Assembly (NCBI RefSeq): GCF_003334315.1
Contig: NZ_QOWR01000003.1
Strand: one strand, 5' to 3'
From: Escherichia coli
GTDB lineage: Bacteria > Pseudomonadota > Gammaproteobacteria > Enterobacterales > Enterobacteriaceae
Length of the DNA stretch: 64,000 nt
Position numbers and translations under genes: made by a program. The first letter of the stretch is position 1; each line of letters opens with the position of its first letter. Positions 16,241-28,285 of this stretch are shown one piece after another. The notes beneath the pieces are model-generated. The model was not told where the DNA came from. It was given only the letters and a program-made list of their open reading frames with translations, and did not search any database.

Positions 16241-17689
16241 TTACGGGCGATATACCTTCACATTGTTAAAGCCCTGCTCGCGCAGATAGAGCGCCTGCAG
16301 ACGGCTCATCACCCCGCGCTCACACCACAGCAGCCAGGTTTTGTTCTGGTCGAGATCGCCAAATTTGGTGCTCAGTTTATAGAACGGCAGAGAAACCACA
16401 TCAATCCCTTCGACTTTCAGTGGCTTATCTTCCTGTTCATCGATAGAACGGATATCGAGGATCACGTCGTTCGGGCCGAAGCCATTGACGGTTTCCACTT
16501 CCACCACTTCCTGCTCGGTCTGCTGGGCGATTTCGCGGATATCAACGTTATTCGCTTCCTCAACCACTTTATCGAGAATGCTGAAGTCGAACTTCTCTTC
16601 TTCCGCTTCAATCTTCGATTTAACTGCTTTCACCGTCGGGCTTTTGGAGATCACACCACAATATTCCGGCATCGTGCGAGCAAAGTCTTCGGTGCCAATC
16701 TGGCGGGCCAGGTTGATGATGTGCTCTTTGTCGTAAGAGATCAGCGGACGCAGGATCAGCGTGTCGGAGACGTTATCAATCAGGCGCAGGTTGGTCAGCG
16801 TCTGGCTGGACACCTGGCCGAGCGCTTCGCCGGTGACCAGCGCCTGTACGCCGTAACGTTCAGCCACTTTAGATGCGGCACGCACCATCATACGTTTGAG
16901 GATAACGCCCATCTGACCGTCGTCGATTTTCTCGAGAATTTCCCCGACGACCGGTTCGAAATTAATAGCGACAAAACGCACGCGGTGGGAGCTGCCAAAG
17001 CGGTTCCACAGATAATGCGCCACCTGACGCACGCCAATTTCATGCGCCGCGCCGCCGAGGTTAAAGAAGCAGTAATGCACGCGGCAGCCGCGACGCATCA
17101 ACATATAACTGGAAACACCGGAGTCGAAACCACCGGAAATGAGCGACAGCACATCTTCCTGGGTGCCGATCGGGAAACCGCCAATACCTTCGTAGCGGCC
17201 TTTAATCAGCAGGAGACGATCGTCTTCCACTTCCAGATGGACAGTCACATCCGGATTGGTCAGCTTCACGCGCGCGGATTCAATATGCTGATTTAAACCG
17301 CCGCCGACGTAACGTTCCACATCAATCGAGCTAAAATCATGTTTGCCACGGCGCTTCACGCGTACGCAGAAGGTTTTGCCTTCCAGCTGATCGCGATACT
17401 GAACCAACGCTTTCTCGAAAATATCGTGCATGTCGGTAAACGGCACGTCTTCGACTTCGAGAATATGGTGGATACCCGGAATACGGGTCAGAGCGTCGCG
17501 AATAGCCAGACGCTGGTTTTCATCTTTTGCGCGAACTTCGATGTTATCCCAGTGGCGGACGACAGCGAGCGTCTCATCATAGTGCTTTAAAACGTTACGA
17601 ATGTTCCCGGTAAGGATTTTTATAAAGCGCAAGCGCACAGATTGGCTTTTGATGGTGATTTCCGGGAACAATTTAATGATAAACTTCAT
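16241..17689 (-). CDS. thiI: tRNA 4-thiouridine synthase / thiamine biosynthesis protein ThiI
   Basis: 482-aa ORF with PP-loop SGGFDS and C-terminal rhodanese-like domain. Confidence 0.96.
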
Positions 17690-17894
17690 GGCGGCAATGC
17701 TTCGTTGGCAAGCCTTAAGCGACTTGTATAGGGAAAAATACAGCAGCCCACACCTGCGGCTGCATCCAGGCGCGGAAGTATACCACTAACATCGCTTTGC
17801 TGTGCACATCACCTTACCATTGCGCGTTATTTGCTATTTGCCCTGAGTCCGTTACCATGACGGGGCGAAAAATATTGAGAGTCAGACATTCATT

Positions 17895-18137
17895 ATGCCG
17901 AAGAAAAATGAGGCGCCCGCCAGCTTTGAAAAGGCGCTGAGCGAGCTGGAACAGATTGTAACCCGTCTGGAAAGTGGCGACCTGCCGCTGGAAGAGGCGC
18001 TGAACGAGTTCGAACGCGGCGTGCAGCTGGCACGTCAGGGGCAGGCCAAATTACAACAAGCCGAACAGCGCGTACAAATTCTGCTGTCTGACAATGAAGA
18101 CGCCTCTCTAACCCCTTTTACACCGGACAATGAGTAA
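17895..18137 (+). CDS. xseB: Exodeoxyribonuclease VII small subunit
   Basis: 80-aa [25 protein letters not shown]...; followed by ispA and dxs. Confidence 0.95.
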
Positions 18138-19036
18138 TGGACTTTCCGCAGCAACTCGAAGCCTGCGTTAAGCAGGCCAACCAGGCGCTGAGCCGTTTTA
18201 TCGCCCCACTGCCCTTTCAGAACACTCCCGTGGTCGAAACCATGCAGTATGGCGCATTATTAGGTGGTAAGCGCCTGCGACCTTTCCTGGTTTATGCCAC
18301 CGGTCATATGTTCGGCGTTAGCACAAACACGCTGGACGCACCCGCTGCCGCCGTTGAGTGTATCCACGCTTACTCATTAATTCATGATGATTTACCGGCA
18401 ATGGATGATGACGATCTGCGTCGCGGTTTGCCAACCTGCCATGTGAAGTTTGGCGAAGCAAACGCGATTCTCGCTGGCGACGCTTTACAAACGCTGGCGT
18501 TCTCGATTTTAAGCGATGCCGATATGCCGGAAGTGTCGGACCGCGACAGAATTTCGATGATTTCTGAACTGGCGAGCGCCAGTGGTATTGCCGGAATGTG
18601 CGGTGGTCAGGCATTAGATTTAGACGCGGAAGGCAAACACGTACCTCTGGACGCGCTTGAGCGTATTCATCGTCATAAAACCGGCGCATTGATTCGCGCC
18701 GCCGTTCGCCTTGGTGCATTAAGCGCCGGAGATAAAGGACGTCGTGCTCTGCCGGTACTCGACAAGTATGCAGAGAGCATCGGCCTTGCCTTCCAGGTTC
18801 AGGATGACATCCTGGATGTGGTGGGAGATACTGCAACGTTGGGAAAACGCCAGGGTGCCGACCAGCAACTTGGTAAAAGTACCTACCCTGCACTTCTGGG
18901 TCTTGAGCAAGCCCGGAAGAAAGCCCGGGATCTGATCGACGATGCCCGTCAGTCGCTGAAACAACTGGCTGAACAGTCACTCGATACCTCGGCACTGGAA
19001 GCGCTAGCGGACTACATCATCCAGCGTAATAAATAA
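18137..19036 (+). CDS. ispA: Farnesyl diphosphate synthase
   Basis: 299-aa ORF with both aspartate-rich prenyltransferase motifs (DDLPAMDDDDLRRG; QVQDDILD); start overlaps xseB stop. Confidence 0.96.
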   Translation: MDFPQQLEACVKQANQALSRFIAPLPFQNTPVVETMQYGALLGGKRLRPFLVYATGHMFGVSTNTLDAPAAAVECIHAYSLIHDDLPAMDDDDLRRGLPTCHVKFGEANAILAGDALQTLAFSILSDADMPEVSDRDRISMISELASASGIAGMCGGQALDLDAEGKHVPLDALERIHRHKTGALIRAAVRLGALSAGDKGRRALPVLDKYAESIGLAFQVQDDILDVVGDTATLGKRQGADQQLGKSTYPALLGLEQARKKARDLIDDARQSLKQLAEQSLDTSALEALADYIIQRNK

Positions 19037-19060
19037 ACAATAAGTATTAATAGGCCCCTG

Positions 19061-20923
19061 ATGAGTTTTGATATTGCCAAATACCCGACCCTGGCACTGG
19101 TCGACTCCACCCAGGAGTTACGACTGTTGCCGAAAGAGAGTTTACCGAAACTCTGCGACGAACTGCGCCGCTATTTACTCGACAGCGTGAGCCGTTCCAG
19201 CGGGCACTTCGCCTCCGGGCTGGGCACGGTCGAACTGACCGTGGCGCTGCACTATGTCTACAACACCCCGTTTGACCAATTGATTTGGGATGTGGGGCAT
19301 CAGGCTTATCCGCATAAAATTTTGACCGGACGCCGCGACAAAATCGGCACCATCCGTCAGAAAGGCGGTCTGCACCCGTTCCCGTGGCGCGGCGAAAGCG
19401 AATATGACGTATTAAGCGTCGGGCATTCATCAACCTCCATCAGTGCCGGAATTGGTATTGCGGTTGCTGCCGAGAAAGAAGGCAAAAATCGCCGCACCGT
19501 CTGTGTAATCGGCGATGGTGCGATTACCGCAGGCATGGCGTTTGAAGCGATGAATCACGCGGGCGATATCCGTCCTGATATGCTGGTGGTTCTCAACGAC
19601 AATGAAATGTCGATTTCCGAAAATGTCGGCGCGCTCAACAACCATCTGGCGCAGCTGCTTTCCGGTAAGCTTTACTCTTCACTGCGCGAAGGCGGGAAAA
19701 AAGTTTTCTCTGGCGTTCCGCCAATTAAAGAGCTGCTCAAACGCACCGAAGAACATATTAAAGGCATGGTAGTGCCTGGCACGTTGTTTGAAGAGCTGGG
19801 CTTTAACTACATCGGCCCGGTTGACGGTCACGATGTGCTGGGGCTTATCACCACGCTTAAGAACATGCGCGACCTGAAAGGCCCGCAGTTCCTGCATATC
19901 ATGACCAAAAAAGGTCGTGGTTATGAACCGGCAGAAAAAGACCCAATCACTTTCCACGCCGTGCCTAAATTTGATCCCTCCAGCGGTTGTTTGCCGAAAA
20001 GTAGCGGCGGTTTGCCGAGCTATTCAAAAATCTTTGGCGACTGGTTGTGCGAAACGGCAGCGAAAGACAACAAGCTGATGGCGATTACTCCGGCGATGCG
20101 TGAAGGTTCCGGCATGGTCGAGTTTTCACGTAAATTCCCGGATCGCTACTTCGACGTGGCAATTGCCGAGCAACACGCGGTGACCTTTGCTGCGGGTCTG
20201 GCGATTGGTGGGTACAAACCCATTGTCGCGATTTACTCCACTTTCCTGCAACGCGCCTATGATCAGGTGCTGCATGACGTGGCGATTCAAAAGCTTCCGG
20301 TCCTGTTCGCCATCGACCGCGCGGGCATTGTTGGTGCTGACGGTCAAACCCATCAGGGTGCTTTTGATCTCTCTTACCTGCGCTGCATACCGGAAATGGT
20401 CATTATGACCCCGAGCGATGAAAACGAATGTCGCCAGATGCTCTATACCGGCTATCACTATAACGATGGCCCGTCAGCGGTGCGCTACCCGCGTGGCAAC
20501 GCGGTCGGCGTGGAACTGACGCCGCTGGAAAAACTACCAATTGGCAAAGGCATTGTGAAGCGTCGTGGCGAGAAACTGGCGATCCTTAACTTTGGTACGC
20601 TGATGCCAGAAGCGGCGAAAGTCGCCGAATCGCTGAACGCCACGCTGGTCGATATGCGTTTTGTGAAACCGCTTGATGAAGCGTTAATTCTGGAAATGGC
20701 CGCCAGCCATGAAGCGCTGGTCACCGTAGAAGAAAACGCCATTATGGGCGGCGCAGGCAGCGGCGTGAACGAAGTGCTGATGGCCCATCGTAAACCAGTA
20801 CCCGTGCTGAACATTGGCCTGCCGGACTTCTTTATTCCGCAAGGAACTCAGGAAGAAATGCGCGCCGAACTCGGCCTCGATGCCGCTGGTATGGAAGCCA
20901 AAATCAAGGCCTGGCTGGCATAA
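19061..20923 (+). CDS. dxs: 1-deoxy-D-xylulose-5-phosphate synthase
   Basis: 620-aa transketolase-like ORF with TPP-binding motif [17 protein letters not shown]. Confidence 0.97.
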
Positions 20924-20931
20924 TCCCTACT

Positions 20932-21098
20932 CCACTCCTGCTATGCTTAAGAAATTATTCATAGACTCTAAATAATTCGAGTTGCAGGAAGGCGGCAAAC
21001 GAGTGAAGCCCCAGGAGCTTACATAAGTAAGTGACTGGGGTGAACGAATGCAGCCGCAGCACATGCAACTTGAAGTATGACGAGTATAGCAGGAGTGG
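20932..21098. repeat. ERIC (IRU) element
   Basis: Contains GTGAAGCCCCAGGAGCTTACATAAGTAAGTGACTGGGGTGAACG, which carries both ERIC primer sequences (ERIC1R complement and ERIC2) with one mismatch each as I recall them; bounded by 13-bp perfect terminal inverted repeats CCACTCCTGCTAT / ATAGCAGGAGTGG. Confidence 0.8.
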
Positions 21099-21102
21099 CA
21101 GC

Positions 21103-22077
21103 ATGCAATACAACCCCTTAGGAAAAACCGACCTTCGCGTTTCCCGACTTTGCCTCGGCTGTATGACCTTTGGCGAGCCAGATCGCGGTAATCACGCATG
21201 GACACTGCCGGAAGAAAGCAGCCGTCCCATAATTAAACGTGCACTGGAAGGCGGCATAAATTTCTTTGATACCGCCAACAGTTATTCTGACGGCAGCAGC
21301 GAAGAGATCGTCGGTCGCGCACTGCGGGATTTCGCCCGTCGTGAAGACGTGGTCGTTGCGACCAAAGTGTTCCATCGCGTTGGTGATTTACCGGAAGGAT
21401 TATCCCGTGCGCAAATTTTGCGCTCTATCGACGACAGCCTGCGACGTCTCGGCATGGATTATGTCGATATCCTGCAAATTCATCGCTGGGATTACAACAC
21501 GCCGATCGAAGAGACGCTGGAAGCCCTCAACGACGTGGTAAAAGCCGGGAAAGCGCGTTATATCGGCGCGTCATCAATGCACGCTTCGCAGTTTGCTCAG
21601 GCACTGGAACTCCAAAAACAGCACGGCTGGGCGCAGTTTGTCAGTATGCAGGATCACTACAATCTGATTTATCGTGAAGAAGAGCGCGAGATGCTACCAC
21701 TGTGTTATCAGGAGGGCGTGGCGGTAATTCCATGGAGCCCGCTGGCAAGGGGCCGTCTGACGCGTCCGTGGGGAGAAACTACCGCACGACTGGTGTCTGA
21801 TGAGGTGGGGAAAAATCTCTATAAAGAAAGCGATGAAAATGACGCGCAGATCGCAGAGCGGTTAACAGGCGTCAGTGAAGAACTGGGGGCGACACGAGCA
21901 CAAGTTGCGCTGGCCTGGTTGTTGAATAAACCGGGCATTGCCGCACCGATTATCGGAACTTCGCGCGAAGAACAGCTTGATGAGCTATTGAACGCGGTGG
22001 ATATCACTTTGAAGCCGGAACAGATTGCCGAACTGGAAACGCCGTATAAACCGCATCCTGTCGTAGGATTTAAATAA
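21103..22077 (+). CDS. yajO: Aldo-keto reductase YajO
   Basis: 324-aa product MQYNPLGKTDLRVSRLCLGCMTFG... from ATG at 21103; SD AGGAG lies inside the ERIC terminal repeat. Confidence 0.92.
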   Translation: MQYNPLGKTDLRVSRLCLGCMTFGEPDRGNHAWTLPEESSRPIIKRALEGGINFFDTANSYSDGSSEEIVGRALRDFARREDVVVATKVFHRVGDLPEGLSRAQILRSIDDSLRRLGMDYVDILQIHRWDYNTPIEETLEALNDVVKAGKARYIGASSMHASQFAQALELQKQHGWAQFVSMQDHYNLIYREEEREMLPLCYQEGVAVIPWSPLARGRLTRPWGETTARLVSDEVGKNLYKESDENDAQIAERLTGVSEELGATRAQVALAWLLNKPGIAAPIIGTSREEQLDELLNAVDITLKPEQIAELETPYKPHPVVGFK

Positions 22078-22085
22078 GAGTCCAG

Positions 22086-22118
22086 GCCTGATGAGACGTG
22101 ACAAGCGTCACATCAGGC
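22086..22118. repeat. REP-like palindrome
   Basis: GCCTGATGAGACG...CGTCACATCAGGC between the convergent yajO and pgpA 3' ends. Confidence 0.55.
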
Positions 22119-22130
22119 ATCGGTGCACAA

Positions 22131-22649
22131 CTACGACAGAATACCCAGCGGCCAGTGATGACCGATAAAATACAGGATGCCTGCGGAAATCACCCCGGCG
22201 ACAATATCGTCGATCATGATCCCCATGCCGCCATGCACATTGCGATCAAACCAGCGGATCGGCCACGGCTTCCACATATCCAGAATACGGAAAATCACAA
22301 ACCCGGCGGCAACCCACTGCCAGTCATTGGTCGGCAGCGCCATGAGCGTGATCCACATACCAATAAATTCGTCCCAGACAATGCTGCCATGATCGTGCAC
22401 ACCCATGTCTTTCGCCGTTTGATGACAAAGATAGACGCCGATACAGATCCCCAGCATCACCACCAGCGAATAGAGCTGCCAGGGCAAAAAGGTCATCAGA
22501 TACCAGAACGGAATCGCTGCCAGCGATCCCATCGTCCCAGGAATGATCGGGCTTAATCCACTTCCGAATCCGACAGCAAGCAGATGCCACGGATTACTCA
22601 TCTTCAGGCGACTTTTCGCGACATCTTTATGGCGTGGCAAAATGGTCAT
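22131..22649 (-). CDS. pgpA: Phosphatidylglycerophosphatase A
   Basis: 172-aa membrane protein; start overlaps thiL 3' end by 23 nt. Confidence 0.94.
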   Translation of the reverse strand: MTILPRHKDVAKSRLKMSNPWHLLAVGFGSGLSPIIPGTMGSLAAIPFWYLMTFLPWQLYSLVVMLGICIGVYLCHQTAKDMGVHDHGSIVWDEFIGMWITLMALPTNDWQWVAAGFVIFRILDMWKPWPIRWFDRNVHGGMGIMIDDIVAGVISAGILYFIGHHWPLGILS

Positions 22650-23604
22650 ATCCTTTCCAGTCTAACGTGACAGGTTCGCCGTCACGAACAAAACAGAGTC
22701 CTTCTATATCGGCGGTCATTTGCCCGATACAGGTAAATGGTACGCCCAGATGTCCCAAAGCGACATCCAGCGCGCCACGGTTCAGTTCCGGCACCGTGAA
22801 ACACAACTCGTAATCTTCGCCACCAGAGAGCGCCCAGCGCAGCGCCTGTTCCGGTTCAACGTGGCGAGAAAGTGCGTCAGAAAACGGCAGCAATGCCAGG
22901 CCAATACGTGCGCCGCAGTCGCTGGCTTTCACGATATGCCCGAGATCGGAAATCAAACCGTCAGAGAGATCGATGGCTGAATTTGCCAGATCGCGCAGTG
23001 CCTGCCCCTGTAAAATACGCGGCGATGGACGGAGATGACGTTTGATCAAGTAGTCCGCATCTTTAGCATCGGCAACCTGCAAACGGTTTTGCAAAATCGC
23101 CAGCCCGGCGGCGCTATCGCCCGGTGTACCGGTCACATAGATCCAGTCACCCGGTTTCGCCCCAGAGCGCGTTAAGGCTCGTCCCATCGGAACAAAGCCG
23201 TGGATACCCAACGTCATTGATAATGGCCCACGCGTGGTATCGCCGCCAATGAGTTGCATATCGTAATAATTGAGAAGATCAAACAAACTGTCGCTGAAGG
23301 ACTCAAGCCACGCTTCGTCTACGTCCGGTAAGGTTAATGCCAGCGTCAGCCAGGCCGGATCGGCCCCCATCGCTGCCAGATCGCTTAGGTTCACCGCCAG
23401 TGCTTTATAAGCCAGATCAGCAGGATCGATATCAGGGAGGAAGTGGTTGCCCGCCACCAGCGTATCAGTGCTGATCGCCAGGGTCTGTTTCTCGGGGATA
23501 TTGAGAAGAGCGCAATCGTCGCCGATGCCCAGTTCGACATCAAGACGAGAACTTCTTACACGGTCAAAATAACGGGCAATCAGGGAGAACTCGCCACATG
23601 CCAT
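22627..23604 (-). CDS. thiL: Thiamine-monophosphate kinase
   Basis: 325-aa [19 protein letters not shown]...; AIR-synthase-like fold family; downstream of nusB. Confidence 0.95.
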   Translation of the reverse strand: MACGEFSLIARYFDRVRSSRLDVELGIGDDCALLNIPEKQTLAISTDTLVAGNHFLPDIDPADLAYKALAVNLSDLAAMGADPAWLTLALTLPDVDEAWLESFSDSLFDLLNYYDMQLIGGDTTRGPLSMTLGIHGFVPMGRALTRSGAKPGDWIYVTGTPGDSAAGLAILQNRLQVADAKDADYLIKRHLRPSPRILQGQALRDLANSAIDLSDGLISDLGHIVKASDCGARIGLALLPFSDALSRHVEPEQALRWALSGGEDYELCFTVPELNRGALDVALGHLGVPFTCIGQMTADIEGLCFVRDGEPVTLDWKGYDHFATP

Positions 23605-23681
23605 ACGTTATGCCTCAGCAGGTAAAAAAGAAAAGGCCGGCGATCATGGAACAGTCTTCCGTGAATCTACCGGCCTGGATA

Positions 23682-24101
23682 TTACTTTTTGTTAGGGCGA
23701 ATCACAGGTGCTGCTTTATCGAGTACGCCGTTGACGAACTTATGGCTGTCTTCTGCGCCGAACGATTTCGCCAGTTCGATCGCTTCGTTAATGGCCACTT
23801 TGTATGGCACATCGCTACGTTTAGACAGTTCGTACAGCGCAATGCGCAGTACTGCTTTTTCTACCTGTCCCAGTTCTTCCAGCAGGCGGGACAGGTATGG
23901 CTTCATCAGTCCGTCGAGGTATGCGGTATTAGTCGCCACCCCGGCCAGCAGCTCACGGAAGTACAGGACGTCAACGTCTTTTACATCCTGTTCAGCCAGG
24001 AACTGGTATTCAACATCAGCGATGTCGTTCTGGGACAACTGCCAGGAGTAGAGCGCCTGGACGGCACACTCACGAGCGCGGCGACGAGCAGCAGGTTTCA
24101 C
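23682..24101 (-). CDS. nusB: Transcription antitermination factor NusB
   Basis: 139-aa [26 protein letters not shown]... Confidence 0.96.
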
Positions 24102-24120
24102 GGATTTCCCCTTACTAATT

Positions 24121-24591
24121 TCAGGCCTTGATGGCTTTCAATACATTAATCATTTCAAGCGCGGTCAGTGCAGCTTCTGCACCTTTGTTGCCAGCTTTGG
24201 TGCCAGCACGTTCGATCGCTTGTTCAATGCTTTCAGTGGTCAGAACCCCAAAAGCAACCGGAATTTCGCTGTCCTGGGCAACATGCGCCAGGCCGTTGCT
24301 TGCACCACCAGCGACATATTCAAAATGGGCAGTGCCACCACGAATAACCGTACCCAGCGCAATCACCGCGTCGTATTTACCGGTTTTAGCCAGTGCACCC
24401 GCCGCCAGCGGCAGCTCATAGGCACCAGGCACCCAAACAACGGTAATGTTTTCATCTTTTACCTGACCGATACGTTTCAGTGCATCAATTGCACCTTCCA
24501 GCAGGCTGTCATTGATAAAGTTGTTGAAACGCGCGATGGTGATGGCGACGCGAGCGTCCGGGGTAGCAACGTTAGCTTCAATAATGTTCAT
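24121..24591 (-). CDS. ribH: 6,7-dimethyl-8-ribityllumazine synthase
   Basis: 156-aa product [23 protein letters not shown]... from ATG (rc of 24589-24591) with AGGAAG SD; ORF track extension rejected. Confidence 0.93.
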
Positions 24592-24679
24592 TTTCTTCCT
24601 TCGGGTTCGAGTATGGCCCCGCAGGGGGGCGGATTTTAGCATAATATTTTGTGCGCTGCTTCCCTTTCGAGCCGGGAGA

Positions 24680-25783
24680 TCATGCACCCACTAAATGCAG
24701 GCAAACATCCGGGCCTACATGACGTATCTCTTTGAATTTAAATTGGGGGGCGTCGGCTAATTTCTCAAGCCCTGGCAGCGAGCATAATCCACGGGCGTCG
24801 CTGCCTAATAGTTTAGGTGCGATATAGACAATCAGCTCATCGACTAAACCCGCCTGCAGCAATGCGCCAGCGAGCGTTGGCCCCGCTTCCACCCAGATGC
24901 TGTTAATTTGCTGTTTACCCAGTTGCATCATCAGTACAACCAGATCCAGATGACCTTTATGCGCTGGAATCAGCAAGGTACGCACCGTTTCCGGCCACTC
25001 ACGAGAATCTTCCTGCGTACGCGCGAACCAGGTTTCGCCGGGCTGCTGCACAATGCGATGTACCGGCGTCACGCGATTTTGGCTATCAATCACAATACGT
25101 ATCGGCTGACGGAGATTTTGTTGCGGATAGAGCGCCTGAGTTTGTTCATCCAGTTCAGACCAACGCACCGTTAAGGCAGGATCATCCGCCAGCACCGTGG
25201 CGCTGCTGGTTAAAATGGCATGACTTTGCGCGCGCAGTAGTTGTACATCACGCCGCGCCTGGGGCGAAGTGATCCACTGGCTTTCGCCGCTCGCCATCGC
25301 CGTGCGACCATCAAGCGATGCGCCAAGTTTTAACTGAATATAAGGAAAGCCGGTGCGCATCCGCTTGAGAAAGCCTTTATTCAATTGCTCGGCTTCACTC
25401 ATCATCAGGCCGTGGCTGACGTCAATGCCAGCCTGTTGCAGACGGTAAAGTCCACGCCCAGCGACCTGCGGGTTAGGATCCTGCATCGAGGCAACCACGC
25501 GCGCTACGCCAGCGGCGATGAGTGCGTCACAGCACGGTGGCGTACGACCATGATGGCTACAGGGTTCGAGTGTGACATAGGCGGTCGCACCTTTGGCTTT
25601 TTCACCCGCCATACGCAACGCGTGTACTTCGGCATGTGGTTCACCCGCACGTTGGTGGTAACCTTCACCGACAATTTCGCCATCTTTGACAATGACGCAC
25701 CCGACATTCGGGTTGGGATGCGTGGTAAAACGTCCTCGTTGCGCCAGCTTTAGCGCCCGCGCCATGTAATACTCGTCCTGCAC
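24680..25783 (-). CDS. ribD: Bifunctional riboflavin biosynthesis deaminase/reductase RibD
   Basis: 367-aa ORF with cytidine-deaminase-type zinc motif (HAEV...[11 protein letters not shown]). Confidence 0.96.
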
Positions 25784-25786
25784 GGC

Positions 25787-26272
<486 letters not shown>

Positions 26273-26386
26273 TTACCCTGAACTGACGATACAACAAAGG
26301 CGCAACGCTTTTGAGATAAAGGATCGATGCTTTCGCTGCTTTTACCCTCTACCATTAGGCTAATTGCGACGAGAAAGGGACGACCT

Positions 26387-26926
26387 ATGAATACTAACGT
26401 TTTTCGACTGCTCCTGCTGGGAAGCCTGTTCAGCCTTAGCGCCTGTGTGCAGCAAAGTGAAGTGCGACAGATGAAACACAGCGTCAGCACGCTGAACCAG
26501 GAGATGACGCAACTCAATCAAGAAACAGTCAAAATCACTCAGCAAAACAGGCTGAATGCAAAATCCAGCAGTGGGGTTTACCTTCTGCCTGGAGCGAAAA
26601 CACCGGCAAGACTGGAAAGCCAGATCGGTACTTTACGTATGTCGCTGGTGAATATTACGCCTGATACAGATGGCACCACCCTGACGCTACGTATTCAGGG
26701 CGAGTCGAATGATCCCTTGCCCGCATTCAGCGGAACTGTTGAATATGGGCAAATTCAGGGAACAATAGACAACTTTCAGGAAATCAATGTGCAGAATCAA
26801 TTGATTAATGCCCCTGCCAGCGTCCTTGCCCCCAGCGATGTTGATATTCCGTTACAGTTAAAGGGGATTTCTGTGGATCAATTAGGCTTTGTACGTATCC
26901 ACGACATTCAACCTGTTATGCATTAA
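26387..26926 (+). CDS. yajI: Lipoprotein YajI
   Basis: 179-aa product from ATG at 26387; signal peptide with lipobox LSAC. Confidence 0.85.
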   Translation: MNTNVFRLLLLGSLFSLSACVQQSEVRQMKHSVSTLNQEMTQLNQETVKITQQNRLNAKSSSGVYLLPGAKTPARLESQIGTLRMSLVNITPDTDGTTLTLRIQGESNDPLPAFSGTVEYGQIQGTIDNFQEINVQNQLINAPASVLAPSDVDIPLQLKGISVDQLGFVRIHDIQPVMH

Positions 26927-27224
26927 ACGTATTGCGGGGCAATTTTGTGCGTCCCGCAACATCTTTCCCCGTCATTTTGTTACTCCGCTTACATCACCCA
27001 GATTGATAGTAAAAGTTTGCAACAAGGGTGAAAGTCAGTACAATCCCTGCCCGAATGTGTGTAAACGTGAACGCAATCGATTACGTAAATGATAGAACTG
27101 TGAAACGAAACATATTTTTGTGAGCAATGATTTTTATAATAGGCTCCTCTGTATACGAAATATTTAGAAACGCAATTTGCGCCTTTTTCACTCCCGCAAG
27201 GGATTTTCAAACAGTGGCATACAT

Positions 27225-28109
27225 ATGAAAAAAACATTACTGGCAGCCGGTGCGGTACTGGCGCTCTCTTCGTCTTTTACTGTCAACGCAGCTGAAAACG
27301 ACAAACCGCAGTATCTTTCCGACTGGTGGCACCAGAGCGTTAACGTTGTCGGAAGCTATCACACCCGTTTCGGACCGCAGATCCGCAACGATACCTACCT
27401 TGAGTACGAAGCATTCGCTAAAAAAGACTGGTTCGACTTCTATGGTTATGCGGATGCGCCGGTATTCTTCGGCGGTAACTCCGATGCAAAAGGTATCTGG
27501 AACCACGGTTCTCCGCTGTTTATGGAAATCGAACCACGTTTCTCCATCGACAAGCTGACCAATACTGACCTTAGCTTCGGTCCGTTCAAAGAGTGGTACT
27601 TCGCGAACAACTACATTTACGACATGGGTCGTAATAAAGATGGTCGCCAGAGCACCTGGTACATGGGTCTGGGTACCGATATCGACACTGGCCTGCCGAT
27701 GAGCCTGTCCATGAACGTCTATGCGAAATACCAGTGGCAGAACTATGGCGCAGCGAACGAAAACGAGTGGGACGGTTACCGTTTCAAAATTAAATACTTT
27801 GTGCCGATTACCGATCTGTGGGGCGGTCAGCTGAGCTACATCGGCTTCACCAACTTCGACTGGGGTTCCGATTTAGGGGATGACAGCGGTAACGCAATCA
27901 ACGGTATTAAGACCCGTACTAATAACTCTATCGCTTCCAGCCATATTCTGGCTCTGAACTACGATCACTGGCACTACTCTGTCGTAGCTCGTTACTGGCA
28001 CGACGGTGGTCAGTGGAACGACGATGCAGAACTGAACTTCGGCAACGGCAACTTCAACGTTCGCTCTACCGGCTGGGGTGGTTACCTGGTAGTAGGTTAC
28101 AACTTCTGA
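27225..28109 (+). CDS. tsx: Nucleoside-specific outer-membrane channel Tsx
   Basis: 294-aa product [25 protein letters not shown]... with signal peptide, C-terminal Phe; ORF track extension rejected. Confidence 0.95.
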
Positions 28110-28117
28110 TTATGAAA

Positions 28118-28146
28118 ATGCCGGGATTTATTCCCGGCATTTCTGA
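28118..28146 (+). terminator. Intrinsic terminator after tsx
   Basis: ATGCCGGGA-TTTAT-TCCCGGCAT hairpin followed by a T-rich tract, 9 nt past the tsx stop. Confidence 0.8.
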
Positions 28147-28170
28147 TTGTTAACAACGTGTGCTTTGTTC

Positions 28171-28270
28171 ATGCCGGATGCGGCGTAAACGCTTTGTCCG
28201 GCCAACAAAAGCACGTAAATTCAATATATTGCTGAAATAACGTAGGCCTGATAAGCGTAGCGCATCAGGC
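28171..28270. repeat. Two REP elements (BIME)
   Basis: ATGCCGGATGCGGCGTAAACGCTTTGTCCGGCCAAC and GTAGGCCTGATAAGCGTAGCGCATCAGGC between tsx and yajD. Confidence 0.8.
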
Positions 28271-28285
28271 AATTTTACGTTTTAA

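Noticed and set aside
18318-18995. 225-codon minus-strand ORF
   Set aside because: Antisense to ispA; arginine-rich shadow frame.
26927-27224. CRP/CytR/DeoR sites in the tsx promoter region
   Set aside because: Several TGTGA-like half-sites are visible, but none matched the full palindromic consensus well enough to assign coordinates without a matrix scan.
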